Shown here one piece after another: positions 1 to 9,591 of a DNA stretch of 64,000 nt (positions within the stretch are counted from its first letter, which is position 1; each line of letters begins with the position of its first letter). The stretch is taken from the NCBI GenBank assembly GCA_046498225.1, contig JAWOBF010000043.1, forward strand, positions 1 to 64,000, given 5' to 3'. The DNA is from Candidatus Aegiribacteria sp. (GTDB lineage Bacteria; Fermentibacterota; Fermentibacteria; Fermentibacterales; JCC-6). The notes under the pieces were generated by a model. It was given only the letters and a program-made list of their open reading frames with translations. It made no database searches and had not been told where the DNA came from. Made by a program: the position numbers and the translations under genes.

Positions 1-707
1 ACCGATGTCATGCCAAGTCGGCTGGAGAGCCTGAGAATGTCGGATATAACCCGGTCCGGCACGGTTATGCCGTAATGGCGGGCGTAGGATGAATCGTAGA
101 CCGTAGCGCTGTTCCTGTAGGCTATCAGGGCGTTGTTGAGGTCTCCCGACTTCTCGTAGAGTATTCCCATGAAATACCTGATGAAGGCGTCATCGCTGTA
201 ACGGTTCCTGTTGTTTTCGTACCTTACGTTCAATGCCCTGAGCTTGTCGTTGACCCTTCTGCATTCCACCAGTGCATCCTGCATGTTGCCCCGGGCCGCG
301 TAGCAGACGGCGAGACAGTAGTTTATCATTACCTTCTCGTAATCCGCCCCACGGAACTCCAGAGCAAGGTCACTGGTCAGGAAAGCTCCGGCTTCCTGGT
401 CCAGCCTGACTCCACGCTGCTGGTCGCTGAGGCGGTCCGCCTCCAGCAGCAGGCGCTCCGCTGCGTCGTAGTCCCCTGCAAGCCTGAGAAGGTTTCCCAG
501 TTCCATGAGATACAGCAGCCTGTTCCTGCCCGTGGAATCGGTGAACGTGTTCCTGAATTCCTCAACTGCCTGGTCAGGCCGGTCATTCCTGAGGTCGAAG
601 GTAACGGATCGCATATCCCTGGTATAGCCAGCGCCGCAGCCGGCGAGCAGGACCGCCATGAAAATGACAGTGAACAGTAAAGTACGGGCGACAGCAGTGC
701 CGGACAT
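1..707 (-). CDS. COG3014-family TPR-like lipoprotein (3' end runs off window)
   Basis: Manual translation MSGTAVARTLLFTVIFMAVLLAGCGAG (lipobox LAGC) ... LLYLMELG ... DYEKVMINY ... DALVECRR ... DAFIRY; lies directly downstream of an LpoB-like gene, the usual context; absent from ORF track because it has no stop in the window. Confidence 0.75.
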   Translation of the reverse strand, partial: MSGTAVARTLLFTVIFMAVLLAGCGAGYTRDMRSVTFDLRNDRPDQAVEEFRNTFTDSTGRNRLLYLMELGNLLRLAGDYDAAERLLLEADRLSDQQRGVRLDQEAGAFLTSDLALEFRGADYEKVMINYCLAVCYAARGNMQDALVECRRVNDKLRALNVRYENNRNRYSDDAFIRYFMGILYEKSGDLNNALIAYRNSATVYDSSYARHYGITVPDRVISDILRLSSRLGMTS

Positions 708-762
708 CTTTACTTACCGCGTCTGGGACTGACCTGTGCAGCAGTGCTGATGGAAAGCGCTG

Positions 763-1362
763 TCACCACTCGATGATCTTCTTTATCTCGAGGCTTCCCA
801 TCCAGGCTTTGAGGGCGGTTTCCACATCTATCAGCTCGAGGCTGACCTGATAGTAGATACTCCTGGTGTCACCCTCTTCGTCCACGATGGAGCCGATGTC
901 GCCTGTCATCACGTAGTCCGCTCCCACCTCTCGTCCGAAAGCCGCCGCTGTCTCCGGTGAGGCGAATATGCCCTGGTCGTACCGCTCGGACCTCACCTCG
1001 GTCCTGCTGGTGCCTCCGGCCGCTATTCGTACCCGGTCGGATTCCATCAGGAAACGTTCTATCTCGTTCATGAAAAGGTTGGTGTTGATATGCTCGGATG
1101 TTTCATTGTAGATCCCGCCGACAACGATAACAGGTGTGCCGGTACGGGAGCCTCTCTCCCCGGTATGATCATCCAGCCATCTGCCGTCGAGGCACTGGTC
1201 AACCATGGAATCCGCCACCATTCTGGCATCGGTCTCGTTCCAGTAACCGCTCAGATCGGTGGTGGTGCCGGGATCGGTCCTGGTGACCTCACGGCCTCCG
1301 CAGCCCACTGTAAGCATCACGCTTGCGATCAGCAAAAGGAGTTTGGTCTTGGTTTTCATCAT
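763..1362 (-). CDS. lpoB: LpoB-like (penicillin-binding protein activator / CsgG-like) lipoprotein
   Basis: Lipobox TVGC; DLSGYWNETDA, NETSEHI, GREVGADY, YYQVSLELIDVET..W motifs. Confidence 0.75.
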   Translation of the reverse strand: MMKTKTKLLLLIASVMLTVGCGGREVTRTDPGTTTDLSGYWNETDARMVADSMVDQCLDGRWLDDHTGERGSRTGTPVIVVGGIYNETSEHINTNLFMNEIERFLMESDRVRIAAGGTSRTEVRSERYDQGIFASPETAAAFGREVGADYVMTGDIGSIVDEEGDTRSIYYQVSLELIDVETALKAWMGSLEIKKIIEW

Positions 1363-1382
1363 AGTCCCCTTCAGTTATGAAT

Positions 1383-2237
1383 TCAACTCTGTTGGTACCA
1401 GGGCAGAGGTACAACTCCTCTGAAAATTACATTGAAGTAGCCGCTGGACCTGAGAGCGGTCCCCCTCACCGGAGGTTCGAGAGGTTTCAGTATCAGCGAG
1501 TAGGGAGAATCCAGGTCCGGAAGGCTGTCCGGGGGCTGAGCCCAGGAATCGGCGGTCCATTCCCACATTATCCTCTCGTCCGGAGCCCCCTGTTCCGAGA
1601 ACATGGCCAGACCCGCCGGCGACACTCCCAGTATCCCCGACAGGGTCATGGACATGAAATCGGAGTAGGCGCTCATTACTTCCCATGTATCTTCGTATTC
1701 AGCGATCCCCGCTCCGGTCGCGGCCGTTAATTCAGCCTCTGTGGGAAGCCTCTTGCCCATATCGTCCAGGTAGAGTCTTGCCGCGTCGAAAGTCAGCGCA
1801 ACGGCGGGATCATCGAAGCAGCCGGTCTGAACCGTGATTCCGCTCACCTGACCCTGATAGTCACTGTAGATGACCCAGGGAGTATATCTGACGAACACGA
1901 CGTCTCTGAAATCCTCTCCCATGCTCTCGCCCGACATCAGAAGCTCTTCCTGGCCGGTGAGATATACGGGCACCTGGTTCAGGTTCGATATCTCATCCGT
2001 AAGCCATCCCAGCATGTTGCGGCATGTCACCGGCGCGGTATCGATGAAGAAAGGCGGGATGTGCACATCCACCCCGTCTACCGTCACCGTGCAGGCCGGC
2101 ACGAATTCCATCCCTTCGGGTGGACTGGGCAGACCGCATTCTCCGCAGAACTCTGCCCCGTTCTCCTCGCCGCATGCGGGACAGACCCACGCCAGTGAGG
2201 CGCCCGCCAGTGCTAACAACAGAATGATAAATTTCAA
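1383..2237 (-). CDS. Secreted FGE-sulfatase (SUMF1)-like domain protein with N-terminal Cys4 zinc ribbon
   Basis: Signal peptide; CPACG..N..FCGECG; PEGMEFVP, PFFID..PVT, GKRLPTEAE, MWEWTAD, FRGV motifs; TTG start with GGAG SD. Confidence 0.65.
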   Translation of the reverse strand: MKFIILLLALAGASLAWVCPACGEENGAEFCGECGLPSPPEGMEFVPACTVTVDGVDVHIPPFFIDTAPVTCRNMLGWLTDEISNLNQVPVYLTGQEELLMSGESMGEDFRDVVFVRYTPWVIYSDYQGQVSGITVQTGCFDDPAVALTFDAARLYLDDMGKRLPTEAELTAATGAGIAEYEDTWEVMSAYSDFMSMTLSGILGVSPAGLAMFSEQGAPDERIMWEWTADSWAQPPDSLPDLDSPYSLILKPLEPPVRGTALRSSGYFNVIFRGVVPLPWYQQS

Positions 2238-2325
2238 ATCGGCTCTCCTCCAGAGAATTCATGATACAGGTCTCTCCATGGAGTGGAATATACGCAATCG
2301 CGGTCAGAACTCATCCCCGGGGTCA

Positions 2326-5300
2326 TCAGAATTCCGCTCCAAGGGTGATGTAGTGAACCGGCTTCCGGGAGATGCCCCCCAGATCCGTATTCCAGGCTAT
2401 GTCGTGCTTGAGCAGGAAATACCCGAGATTGAACCTGTAGCCCAGCCCGACTCCCATCTTGAGGTCCTGCAGGTGAAAGCCTCCATCGGTGGATGCCCCC
2501 CTGAAACTCGACAGGTCGTTGAAAGCTGTCCCGAGATCGAAGAAGAACACGCCCCGGCCGTTCCTCAGCACCAGGGGAAGCGGCGCGTCCAGGGCCAGGG
2601 TATTGACGAACGGGATCCTCATTTCCATGGAAAGTACGGCGTACCTCCGGCCCTGAATGGCTGCGTAGTCATATCCCCTTAGCATGTCCCCGTAGTTCCC
2701 GTAGAAACCTATGAGTTCATCAAGAGTCTCCACCTCGCCCCACAGAAGCCTGTGAGGGATCGCACCGCCCAGGAAGAAGACCTGGCCGTCGCTGCCCCAG
2801 CTGGTCCCTCCCGCAAGCCGGGTGGCCATCGTCACCCTTTGAGACACCCACAGATAATGCCTGAGGTCGAAGAGCAGTGTAGTGTACTCGGCTGACCCCG
2901 AAATGGACGGAGCAAACTCGCCTGTCAGGCTCAGACGGCTGCCGACCCTGGGGCCTACGTTTCCCCATAGCGCGTTGTCGAAGACGGCTCCGCCCCTGAC
3001 AGACACTATATCCTCATCTATGTCCGCGGTGGAATTCCAGGTCCCTGTGCGGCTCAGGTGTCTGTAGCTCAGCATGCCGGTGAACCTGAGCGAAGGGCTT
3101 ACGGGATAGATGGCCTGGGTGAATCCTCCCATGTCCACATCCCTGACCTCCTCGTAATGACCGTCCGAAAACCTGAAGAGATAACGGTAGGATTCCCTCA
3201 TCAGCCCGAAAACGTAATCGGTCCTTCGAGGCAGGTACCCGTAGAACATCGCCACGTCCACATCGCTGAGACTGCCGCCGTTGAGGTTCGTGTTGACCAC
3301 TATCTGATGGTGGGCCAGTATGTCACTGAGAATGAACTGCGTGTATCCCGCCACTCCGAGGTAGGAGTCGTAGGAGGCCATGGCGCTGGCGTAATCCACC
3401 GTAAGCCTGGGGCTGTAGGGAGCTATACCACACTGAAAATCATCATCGTAAAGGGTGTCATGGTCCGGGTCGCCGGTATTCGCCTCTTCACGCGCGGGTA
3501 TTCTCGAAGACACGGGCTTAGGTGACGATGGGTCCTCCGGAGGGGAAAGCGACGCCGCCCCCTCGGGCATTCTTCCGGAAGCTGCGGCCAGGCTGTCCAC
3601 ATCTCCTGTCCTGGCGATCTCACAGCTGCCCGGGCTGGTCTCCAGAACTCTGCGGTCGGTTATGTTGTAGGCCATGTAAACGCCGGGTCCGCTCCAGTCG
3701 CTGGATACGAAAGTTAGTATTCCGGAGGAATCGGCCCAGGAGGGAGACTCGATAGTCCGGTACAGGGCCGTCAGGCGGACGATCTCTCCGCTGTCCTCTT
3801 CAAGCAGGTAAAGGTCCGGGTAGCCCTCCCTGTTGGACATGAAGAGCACGCCTTCGGGTACGGCCAGCGGGTATCTGATCTCGGAATCGTCCGAAAGCAC
3901 GGCTCTCTCGGTCCCGTCCGGATGGTACTCGACGATCCTGCTGGACTCCATGCTGTCTTCCATTACACAGAGTATGCCGGTGTCGGTCCAGGAAAGGTCC
4001 CTCTCCCCCTCCAGATTGTCACTGACCTGGCTCAGCTGACGCTGACTGTTGTCCCACAGGTAGATGTCAAGCCTGCCGTCCCGCATTCCCACGAAGGAAA
4101 TGTACCTTCCCGAGGGTGACCATGCCGGGTCACGGATAAGGTCCATTTCAAAGGGCAGAGACTCACTTTCACCATCGGAGAAGATGGTTAGCCGGTCCCC
4201 GGACAGGTACTGCACCGCGACGCTTATCGAATCGCCCGTCGGAGAGAAACCGCAGACCCTGTACATGGGAGAGACCGAGGCGTCTTCGATCCCGCCCGAA
4301 ACGAAGGGCCTGTCCACGATTTCTCCAGTAAGCGCGGATCTGACAGTGATGGCAAAGTGGGCGTGATGGTATTCAACACCCGCTATGAGCCTGCCGTCCC
4401 GCGAGGTTACCGTATTCATCTGAGCAACTCTCTCATCGTCGTTGTAAAGAGCGTTCCCGATATCGCCCGGACTCTCCCCCCTGGCGAGTTCCGACCAGTA
4501 GGTCTCCCTGGCCCATTCTATGAACTTCTCGCTGAACTGCTCCCTGGTCATTCCGAAGACCGCGTTGAAGGGATCGCCGGGGTTCCTTCTTCCCTGAGAG
4601 ACCCCGCTCTGGTCGGGTGGAGCGTACTGCTTGGCGGCTCTGGCATTTATATGCCTGACGAATTCCCTGTACTTCTCCTCACCGTACCTTTCGTTGATGA
4701 AGTGATATACTGCCTGACCCTGGCGGTATACCAGGTAATCGTACCTGCCGGAAAGCTCGCCGATCGATACTATCTGATTGGATATTACCATATCCCGGAA
4801 TTCAGCCTCGGATGCTGCGTCCCACCCGATCGAAGTGTATTCCGCGAGGCCCTCCATCATCCACAGGGGGGTGCCACCGGTTATGATGTTCAGCAGGGAA
4901 CGTTTGTAGAGCATATCGAAGATGAAAGCGTGGTTCAGCTCGTGGGCTATCACATGGCGGAATTCCGACCAGTAGCCGGTGTAGGGTATGACAACCCTTC
5001 CCTTGTAGAACTCGGTGAACCCCCCAACCGCCTGTGAGATCTCGTACGGATGGATATTGGTCTGTCTGAATGTGCCGGGTGAAGTGTAGAGTATTATCGG
5101 TATCGGTTCTTCCGGCATGTAGTTGAACTCTTCGGAGAGCTTCAGAAGTTCCCGTTCGGTGTGTACCAGAAGGGTCTCAGCGGGAACCTCACCTCCCTGG
5201 GGAAAATATATGGTAAAATGTCTTCCCTGGATCTCCCACCATTCCTGTGTTTCCACCTGTACCTTGTTGCGGCCGAAACCTGTGGCGAAGCAAAGGGAGA

Positions 5301-5337
5301 AGAGCAGGGGAAGCACGATGGTCAGCGTCCTGTTCAT
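2326..5337 (-). CDS. Omp85/BamA-family barrel fused to N-terminal zinc metallopeptidase (MA clan) and PD40/WD40 propeller
   Basis: Signal peptide; HELNH and WMMEGLAEY; TolB-like repeats (PAWSPSG, PSWAD); LRGY barrel motif; C-terminal Phe (LGAEF). Confidence 0.8.
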   Translation of the reverse strand: MNRTLTIVLPLLFSLCFATGFGRNKVQVETQEWWEIQGRHFTIYFPQGGEVPAETLLVHTERELLKLSEEFNYMPEEPIPIILYTSPGTFRQTNIHPYEISQAVGGFTEFYKGRVVIPYTGYWSEFRHVIAHELNHAFIFDMLYKRSLLNIITGGTPLWMMEGLAEYTSIGWDAASEAEFRDMVISNQIVSIGELSGRYDYLVYRQGQAVYHFINERYGEEKYREFVRHINARAAKQYAPPDQSGVSQGRRNPGDPFNAVFGMTREQFSEKFIEWARETYWSELARGESPGDIGNALYNDDERVAQMNTVTSRDGRLIAGVEYHHAHFAITVRSALTGEIVDRPFVSGGIEDASVSPMYRVCGFSPTGDSISVAVQYLSGDRLTIFSDGESESLPFEMDLIRDPAWSPSGRYISFVGMRDGRLDIYLWDNSQRQLSQVSDNLEGERDLSWTDTGILCVMEDSMESSRIVEYHPDGTERAVLSDDSEIRYPLAVPEGVLFMSNREGYPDLYLLEEDSGEIVRLTALYRTIESPSWADSSGILTFVSSDWSGPGVYMAYNITDRRVLETSPGSCEIARTGDVDSLAAASGRMPEGAASLSPPEDPSSPKPVSSRIPAREEANTGDPDHDTLYDDDFQCGIAPYSPRLTVDYASAMASYDSYLGVAGYTQFILSDILAHHQIVVNTNLNGGSLSDVDVAMFYGYLPRRTDYVFGLMRESYRYLFRFSDGHYEEVRDVDMGGFTQAIYPVSPSLRFTGMLSYRHLSRTGTWNSTADIDEDIVSVRGGAVFDNALWGNVGPRVGSRLSLTGEFAPSISGSAEYTTLLFDLRHYLWVSQRVTMATRLAGGTSWGSDGQVFFLGGAIPHRLLWGEVETLDELIGFYGNYGDMLRGYDYAAIQGRRYAVLSMEMRIPFVNTLALDAPLPLVLRNGRGVFFFDLGTAFNDLSSFRGASTDGGFHLQDLKMGVGLGYRFNLGYFLLKHDIAWNTDLGGISRKPVHYITLGAEF

Positions 5338-5414
5338 CAGACCTCCTGTTGCAGACTGTTCACATCAACATAGTTCGACTATACTGCCATGGTTCCACAC
5401 CGAACAGGAGTATA

Positions 5415-5759
5415 GTGCGTATTTTCATACTGATTTTCCTTCAGCTGTTACTGGTACTAACAGCATGCGAGGAACCTGGTTCCTACAGCGCCGTTCCGGA
5501 AAGCAGCAAGGACCGGCTCAGGGAATGGGCGGGTGTCATGGCCAGGTACAGCGTGCGGCAGCCCGGTGACAGCCTGAGACCCGAAATGCCTTCCGAGAGC
5601 CAGCTGCAGGAGATCATGGAACTGTGCGACCCGCATCCCGAGGCATGGTCCTACTTCTACGCCTGCATCTCTGACACCATAAGCAAGCTGGAGCCTCCGG
5701 ATCCCGCCTGTCAGGAGGATTTCGAGTCCTACAGCGAACAGGAGATACAGAACAGGTAG
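5415..5759 (+). CDS. Small hypothetical lipoprotein
   Basis: GTG at 5415 after AGGAG; MRIFILIFLQLLLVLTAC lipobox. Confidence 0.6.
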   Translation: MRIFILIFLQLLLVLTACEEPGSYSAVPESSKDRLREWAGVMARYSVRQPGDSLRPEMPSESQLQEIMELCDPHPEAWSYFYACISDTISKLEPPDPACQEDFESYSEQEIQNR

Positions 5760-5857
5760 GCTGAGGAAAAAGCTGGAACTCCCGGCATCATCAGCGTTTG
5801 CATATGGACAATTTGTTTCGTATTCTACTTCGGGCTGCCTGATTAGGGAGGGGATTC

Positions 5858-8800
5858 ATGCTGAACGTAATACCTCGCAGGATACAGCAGCTTCTCATGA
5901 ACGGGCTGGATTCCTCCCTTGAGGAAGGAATAGTCCTTTACGCTGATATATCCGGTTTTACATCGATCACGGAATCATTGCTCGAGCAGGGGAAGCGGGG
6001 GGCGGAGACACTGTCTTCGATCCTCAACAGGATATTCTCCAGGGCTGTGGAGCATATATACGGCTATGGAGGAGAAGTAGCCGATTTCGAAGGTGACGCC
6101 ATTATCGCGACCTTTGCGGCCGGGGAAGCCGGCCGGGCTCAACGGGCCGCTCTGGCTCTAAAAAGATACTTCGACAGGAACTCCCTCTGGAAATCCGATA
6201 TTGGCCGGTGGCCGGTGTCAGCCAGGATATCCCTGGCATCCGGCAGCCTGGAATGGCATATAGTAGGCACTGACAGGCTGGCGTTCTTCGTGGACGGTTC
6301 GGCGGTATCACGGGCCGTGACTCTTTCGGCCGGGAACACCTCCGAACCGATAGCTTATCATGAGAGCTTCACCCGGCTGATGGAAAGCACCGGTATTCTG
6401 CCGGAGGATGCTTCCGCCCCCGGCAGAGGAAGGGGCAAAACCGGCAGCAGGAGGATAAGAAAGAGCACAGCTCTGCGATTCGTTTCCAGCGCCATCGTTT
6501 CAAGCAAACTCACAGGTGAGTTCAGATCGGTCATCCCCGTGTTCGTGCATCTGGCTGAAGACAGTTCCGCGACCATCAGAACTCAGGCTGAGGAGGTGCT
6601 GAAAGCTTCGACGAACTACGGGGGCGAACTCAGCGGCTTCTTTTCAACCAGCCCCGGTTACCTGACAGGCCTGGTGCTTTTCGGAGCTCCAGTCTCATGG
6701 GAGAACAATGCCGAACGTGCATTCGAGTTCTCCCTCGGGCTGCTGAACCTTCTTGGGAATTCATTTCGAGCGGGAATGTCCTCAGGCAGGGTATACGCCG
6801 GGATCATCGGCAATTCCCGAAGGTGCAGGTACACCGTATACGGCGACACGGTGAATACCGCCGCCAGGCTGGCGGGCAAAGCTGGTTTCGGTGAAATCCT
6901 GGTGACGGAAGACGTGTCACCGGGCAGGGAGCGCAGCTATCACCTGTCCGCGGCCCGTCGATGGCTTCCCCGCGGCAAGACGGATGATATACTGATTCAC
7001 AGACTTGAAAGCGCGGATACGACCGATATTTCCGGGATCTTCCCCGGAGAGATGCTTGGACGGTCATCCGAACTGTCGAAACTGCTTCAACGGCTGAAAC
7101 CTCTGGAGAATAGACGTTTCGCCGGGGTTACAATGGTGTGCGGTGATCCGGGTATTGGTAAGTCCAGGCTTATTTTCGAAGCTATCCGGCATGTACCCTT
7201 CGGCTGCCAGAGCTTCGTGCTGAAATGCGATGACATTCTGCGAAAGAGCCTCAACCCCTTCATCGGTTTCCTTCGGAACCTCTTCCACCAGAACGATCTC
7301 AAGGACCGGGAGGAGAACAGGCACACTTTCGAAGAGACGATGAGGTTCCTTCAGGATGAGCTGGCGGCTGTTCGCCTTCCTTCAGGCAGTTCCCTCCCTC
7401 GGGAGCTGGAGAGAGCTTCCTCTATCATCGGAGCCATGCTCGGCCATCACTGGCCCGGTTCCGTCTACTCGAAACTGGCAGCGGAAAGCAGGCTGGAGAA
7501 CAGCTTCCTCGCCTTGAAGACCCTTATTACAGCTCTTTCAATGGTAAGACCGGTCATTCTTGTGATAGAGGATATGCAGTGGATGGACTGCGATTCACGG
7601 AAAGCGCTGGGAATGCTTGCCTCAAACATGGATCGGACGCCTCTGGGAATACTGATAAGCAGCCGTCTGACCGAGGACGGCAGCGTTCCCTCAATTCCTG
7701 AGTGTGCGGATGAAACCCGAAAGATAGTACTCAGGGGAATTGACGATCGGGCGGCGGTCGGGGTCATCAAGGACAGGCTGGGGGCGATGCCGGGGAAAGG
7801 TCTCTCGAGTTTCATTCTGCGGAACTCCGTCGGTAACCCCTTCTATATCGAGCAGTTCTGCATGTATCTCATGGAAACGGAGCAGATCCATCTTGAGTCC
7901 GATGAGTACAGGCTCTCCGGTGAAGAATTCGAGATACCCTCGGGCATCAGATCGATACTGGTAGCCAGGATGGACAGGCTGCCCTACAGAGTAAGAGAGT
8001 TCATGCAGACAGCATCCGTGCTGGGCCAGGAGTTCAACACCGATACGCTCCAGCTTGTCTCGGGCGGCAGTGAGGAGCTGGAGTTGATCAATGAGGGGCA
8101 GAGGCTGCGGATATGGTCACGGCAATCAGGGTCCGTTTTCGCGTTCAATCATGCTCTCTACCGGGATACCGCATACGGCATGCTGCTTGGAAAGAGCCTG
8201 AGCAGACTCCACGCCAGGGCCGCCGATGTCCTCATAGAACTGAATCGGAATGACCCGGAACCGGTGGCGGGAGAGATCGCCCTCCACCTTATGGAATCGC
8301 GGCAGCCGGCAAGGGCAATTGACTGGGGATGGAAAGCTCTCTGTCATGCCATGAGCGGGTACAGGAACACAGAAGTGCTCCAATGGTCGGACCGGCTTCG
8401 GGAATGGATACTTGCCCGTTCATCCGCGGGAAACAGGGGTCAACTTCTTCTCGATGTTCTCCTGAAGAGGGATGCGGTGCTGCATTCCATGGGCAGGAGA
8501 AGCAGACAGAAAGAGAATCTTGATGAGATCTGCAGATTGACCGAACAGGAGGGCTGGTCTCACAGAACAGCTGAGATACTGAAAGCCAGGGGCACCTGGT
8601 CGTGGAGCATCGGCGAGATCGACGAGGCCTACGAATTGTTCAAGAAGGGCCTGAAATTCTCAAGAAGGGCTACGGATGAAGCTGTCAGGGGAAAACTCCT
8701 TGGTAACATAGCGAACATCTACGCTTCCAGGGGAATGTACCAGAATGCAATGGAGTACTACAACCTCGCCCTGGGCATACACCGGAAGCTGGAAGACCGC

Positions 8801-9487
8801 AAACAGGCGGGAATAACCCTGGGCAACCTGGCCATACTCCTCAGAAGAACGGGGGAAGAGAAAAGAGCGGAGAAGTGCTACGGAGAAGCTCTCTCCATCC
8901 ACAGAGAAACGGGGAACAGGATCGGCGAGGGCAGGATCCTCTGCGGGCTCGGCAACCTTGAGAATGATCCTGGAGCCGCGCAGGAATACTACCTGGAGGC
9001 ACTCAGGATAAACAGAGAAACCGGGGACATTCGAAACGAGGCGGTAACTCTCAGCAACCTTGGAAGACTGGAGACCCTGGAGGGGAATTACGGCGAAGCC
9101 TCCCGATATCTGCTGCAGGCTCTCCAGATACACCGGCTGATAGGGAACACTGAGGGTGAAGCCGATATCAGCAGCCTGTTCGGTGAACTGTTCTACTACC
9201 AGGAACGGTGGAAAGAGGCACGGGAGAGTTTCAGCAGGGCCATTGAACTAAGCAGGAAGATGGGAGACAGCAGGGGTGAGTGCGTTAACAACGGCCTCCT
9301 GGGACTGGTGAATTTTGAGGAAGGCTCTGTCGACCGGGCGAGAGACTGCTACATGATCTGCCACACTCTGATAACGGAGTTCGGTTTCTCTCCTTCTATA
9401 GATGATTCCATCCTTATGCTGAGGGAAAGGCTTCTCAATTGCGGTATCGAGGAGTCGCTCCTTCCGTTCCCCGAACACTGGCGGTGA
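5858..9487 (+). CDS. Class III nucleotide cyclase (tandem domains) + STAND NTPase + TPR repeats (soluble adenylyl cyclase-like)
   Basis: ADISGFT, FEGDA, YTVYGDTVNTAARL; Walker A GDPGIGKS; Walker B VIEDMQW; GNPFYIEQ; C-terminal TPRs; GGAGG SD. Confidence 0.85.
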   Translation: MLNVIPRRIQQLLMNGLDSSLEEGIVLYADISGFTSITESLLEQGKRGAETLSSILNRIFSRAVEHIYGYGGEVADFEGDAIIATFAAGEAGRAQRAALALKRYFDRNSLWKSDIGRWPVSARISLASGSLEWHIVGTDRLAFFVDGSAVSRAVTLSAGNTSEPIAYHESFTRLMESTGILPEDASAPGRGRGKTGSRRIRKSTALRFVSSAIVSSKLTGEFRSVIPVFVHLAEDSSATIRTQAEEVLKASTNYGGELSGFFSTSPGYLTGLVLFGAPVSWENNAERAFEFSLGLLNLLGNSFRAGMSSGRVYAGIIGNSRRCRYTVYGDTVNTAARLAGKAGFGEILVTEDVSPGRERSYHLSAARRWLPRGKTDDILIHRLESADTTDISGIFPGEMLGRSSELSKLLQRLKPLENRRFAGVTMVCGDPGIGKSRLIFEAIRHVPFGCQSFVLKCDDILRKSLNPFIGFLRNLFHQNDLKDREENRHTFEETMRFLQDELAAVRLPSGSSLPRELERASSIIGAMLGHHWPGSVYSKLAAESRLENSFLALKTLITALSMVRPVILVIEDMQWMDCDSRKALGMLASNMDRTPLGILISSRLTEDGSVPSIPECADETRKIVLRGIDDRAAVGVIKDRLGAMPGKGLSSFILRNSVGNPFYIEQFCMYLMETEQIHLESDEYRLSGEEFEIPSGIRSILVARMDRLPYRVREFMQTASVLGQEFNTDTLQLVSGGSEELELINEGQRLRIWSRQSGSVFAFNHALYRDTAYGMLLGKSLSRLHARAADVLIELNRNDPEPVAGEIALHLMESRQPARAIDWGWKALCHAMSGYRNTEVLQWSDRLREWILARSSAGNRGQLLLDVLLKRDAVLHSMGRRSRQKENLDEICRLTEQEGWSHRTAEILKARGTWSWSIGEIDEAYELFKKGLKFSRRATDEAVRGKLLGNIANIYASRGMYQNAMEYYNLALGIHRKLEDRKQAGITLGNLAILLRRTGEEKRAEKCYGEALSIHRETGNRIGEGRILCGLGNLENDPGAAQEYYLEALRINRETGDIRNEAVTLSNLGRLETLEGNYGEASRYLLQALQIHRLIGNTEGEADISSLFGELFYYQERWKEARESFSRAIELSRKMGDSRGECVNNGLLGLVNFEEGSVDRARDCYMICHTLITEFGFSPSIDDSILMLRERLLNCGIEESLLPFPEHWR

Positions 9488-9591
9488 CGACAGCCTGAGG
9501 GTGAAATCCGGCTTCCCGACCTGCTACAACTGTATGCGTTTGTATACTATAATTAAACGGTCAATTAAGTTAACGAATTCAGGTGCGTCCC

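Noticed and set aside
9530..9575. Chromosomal dif (XerCD) site
   Set aside because: Only partial XerD-arm similarity, no proper XerC arm at 6-nt spacing, and gene orientation bias does not switch here; kept only as a low-interest AT-rich patch
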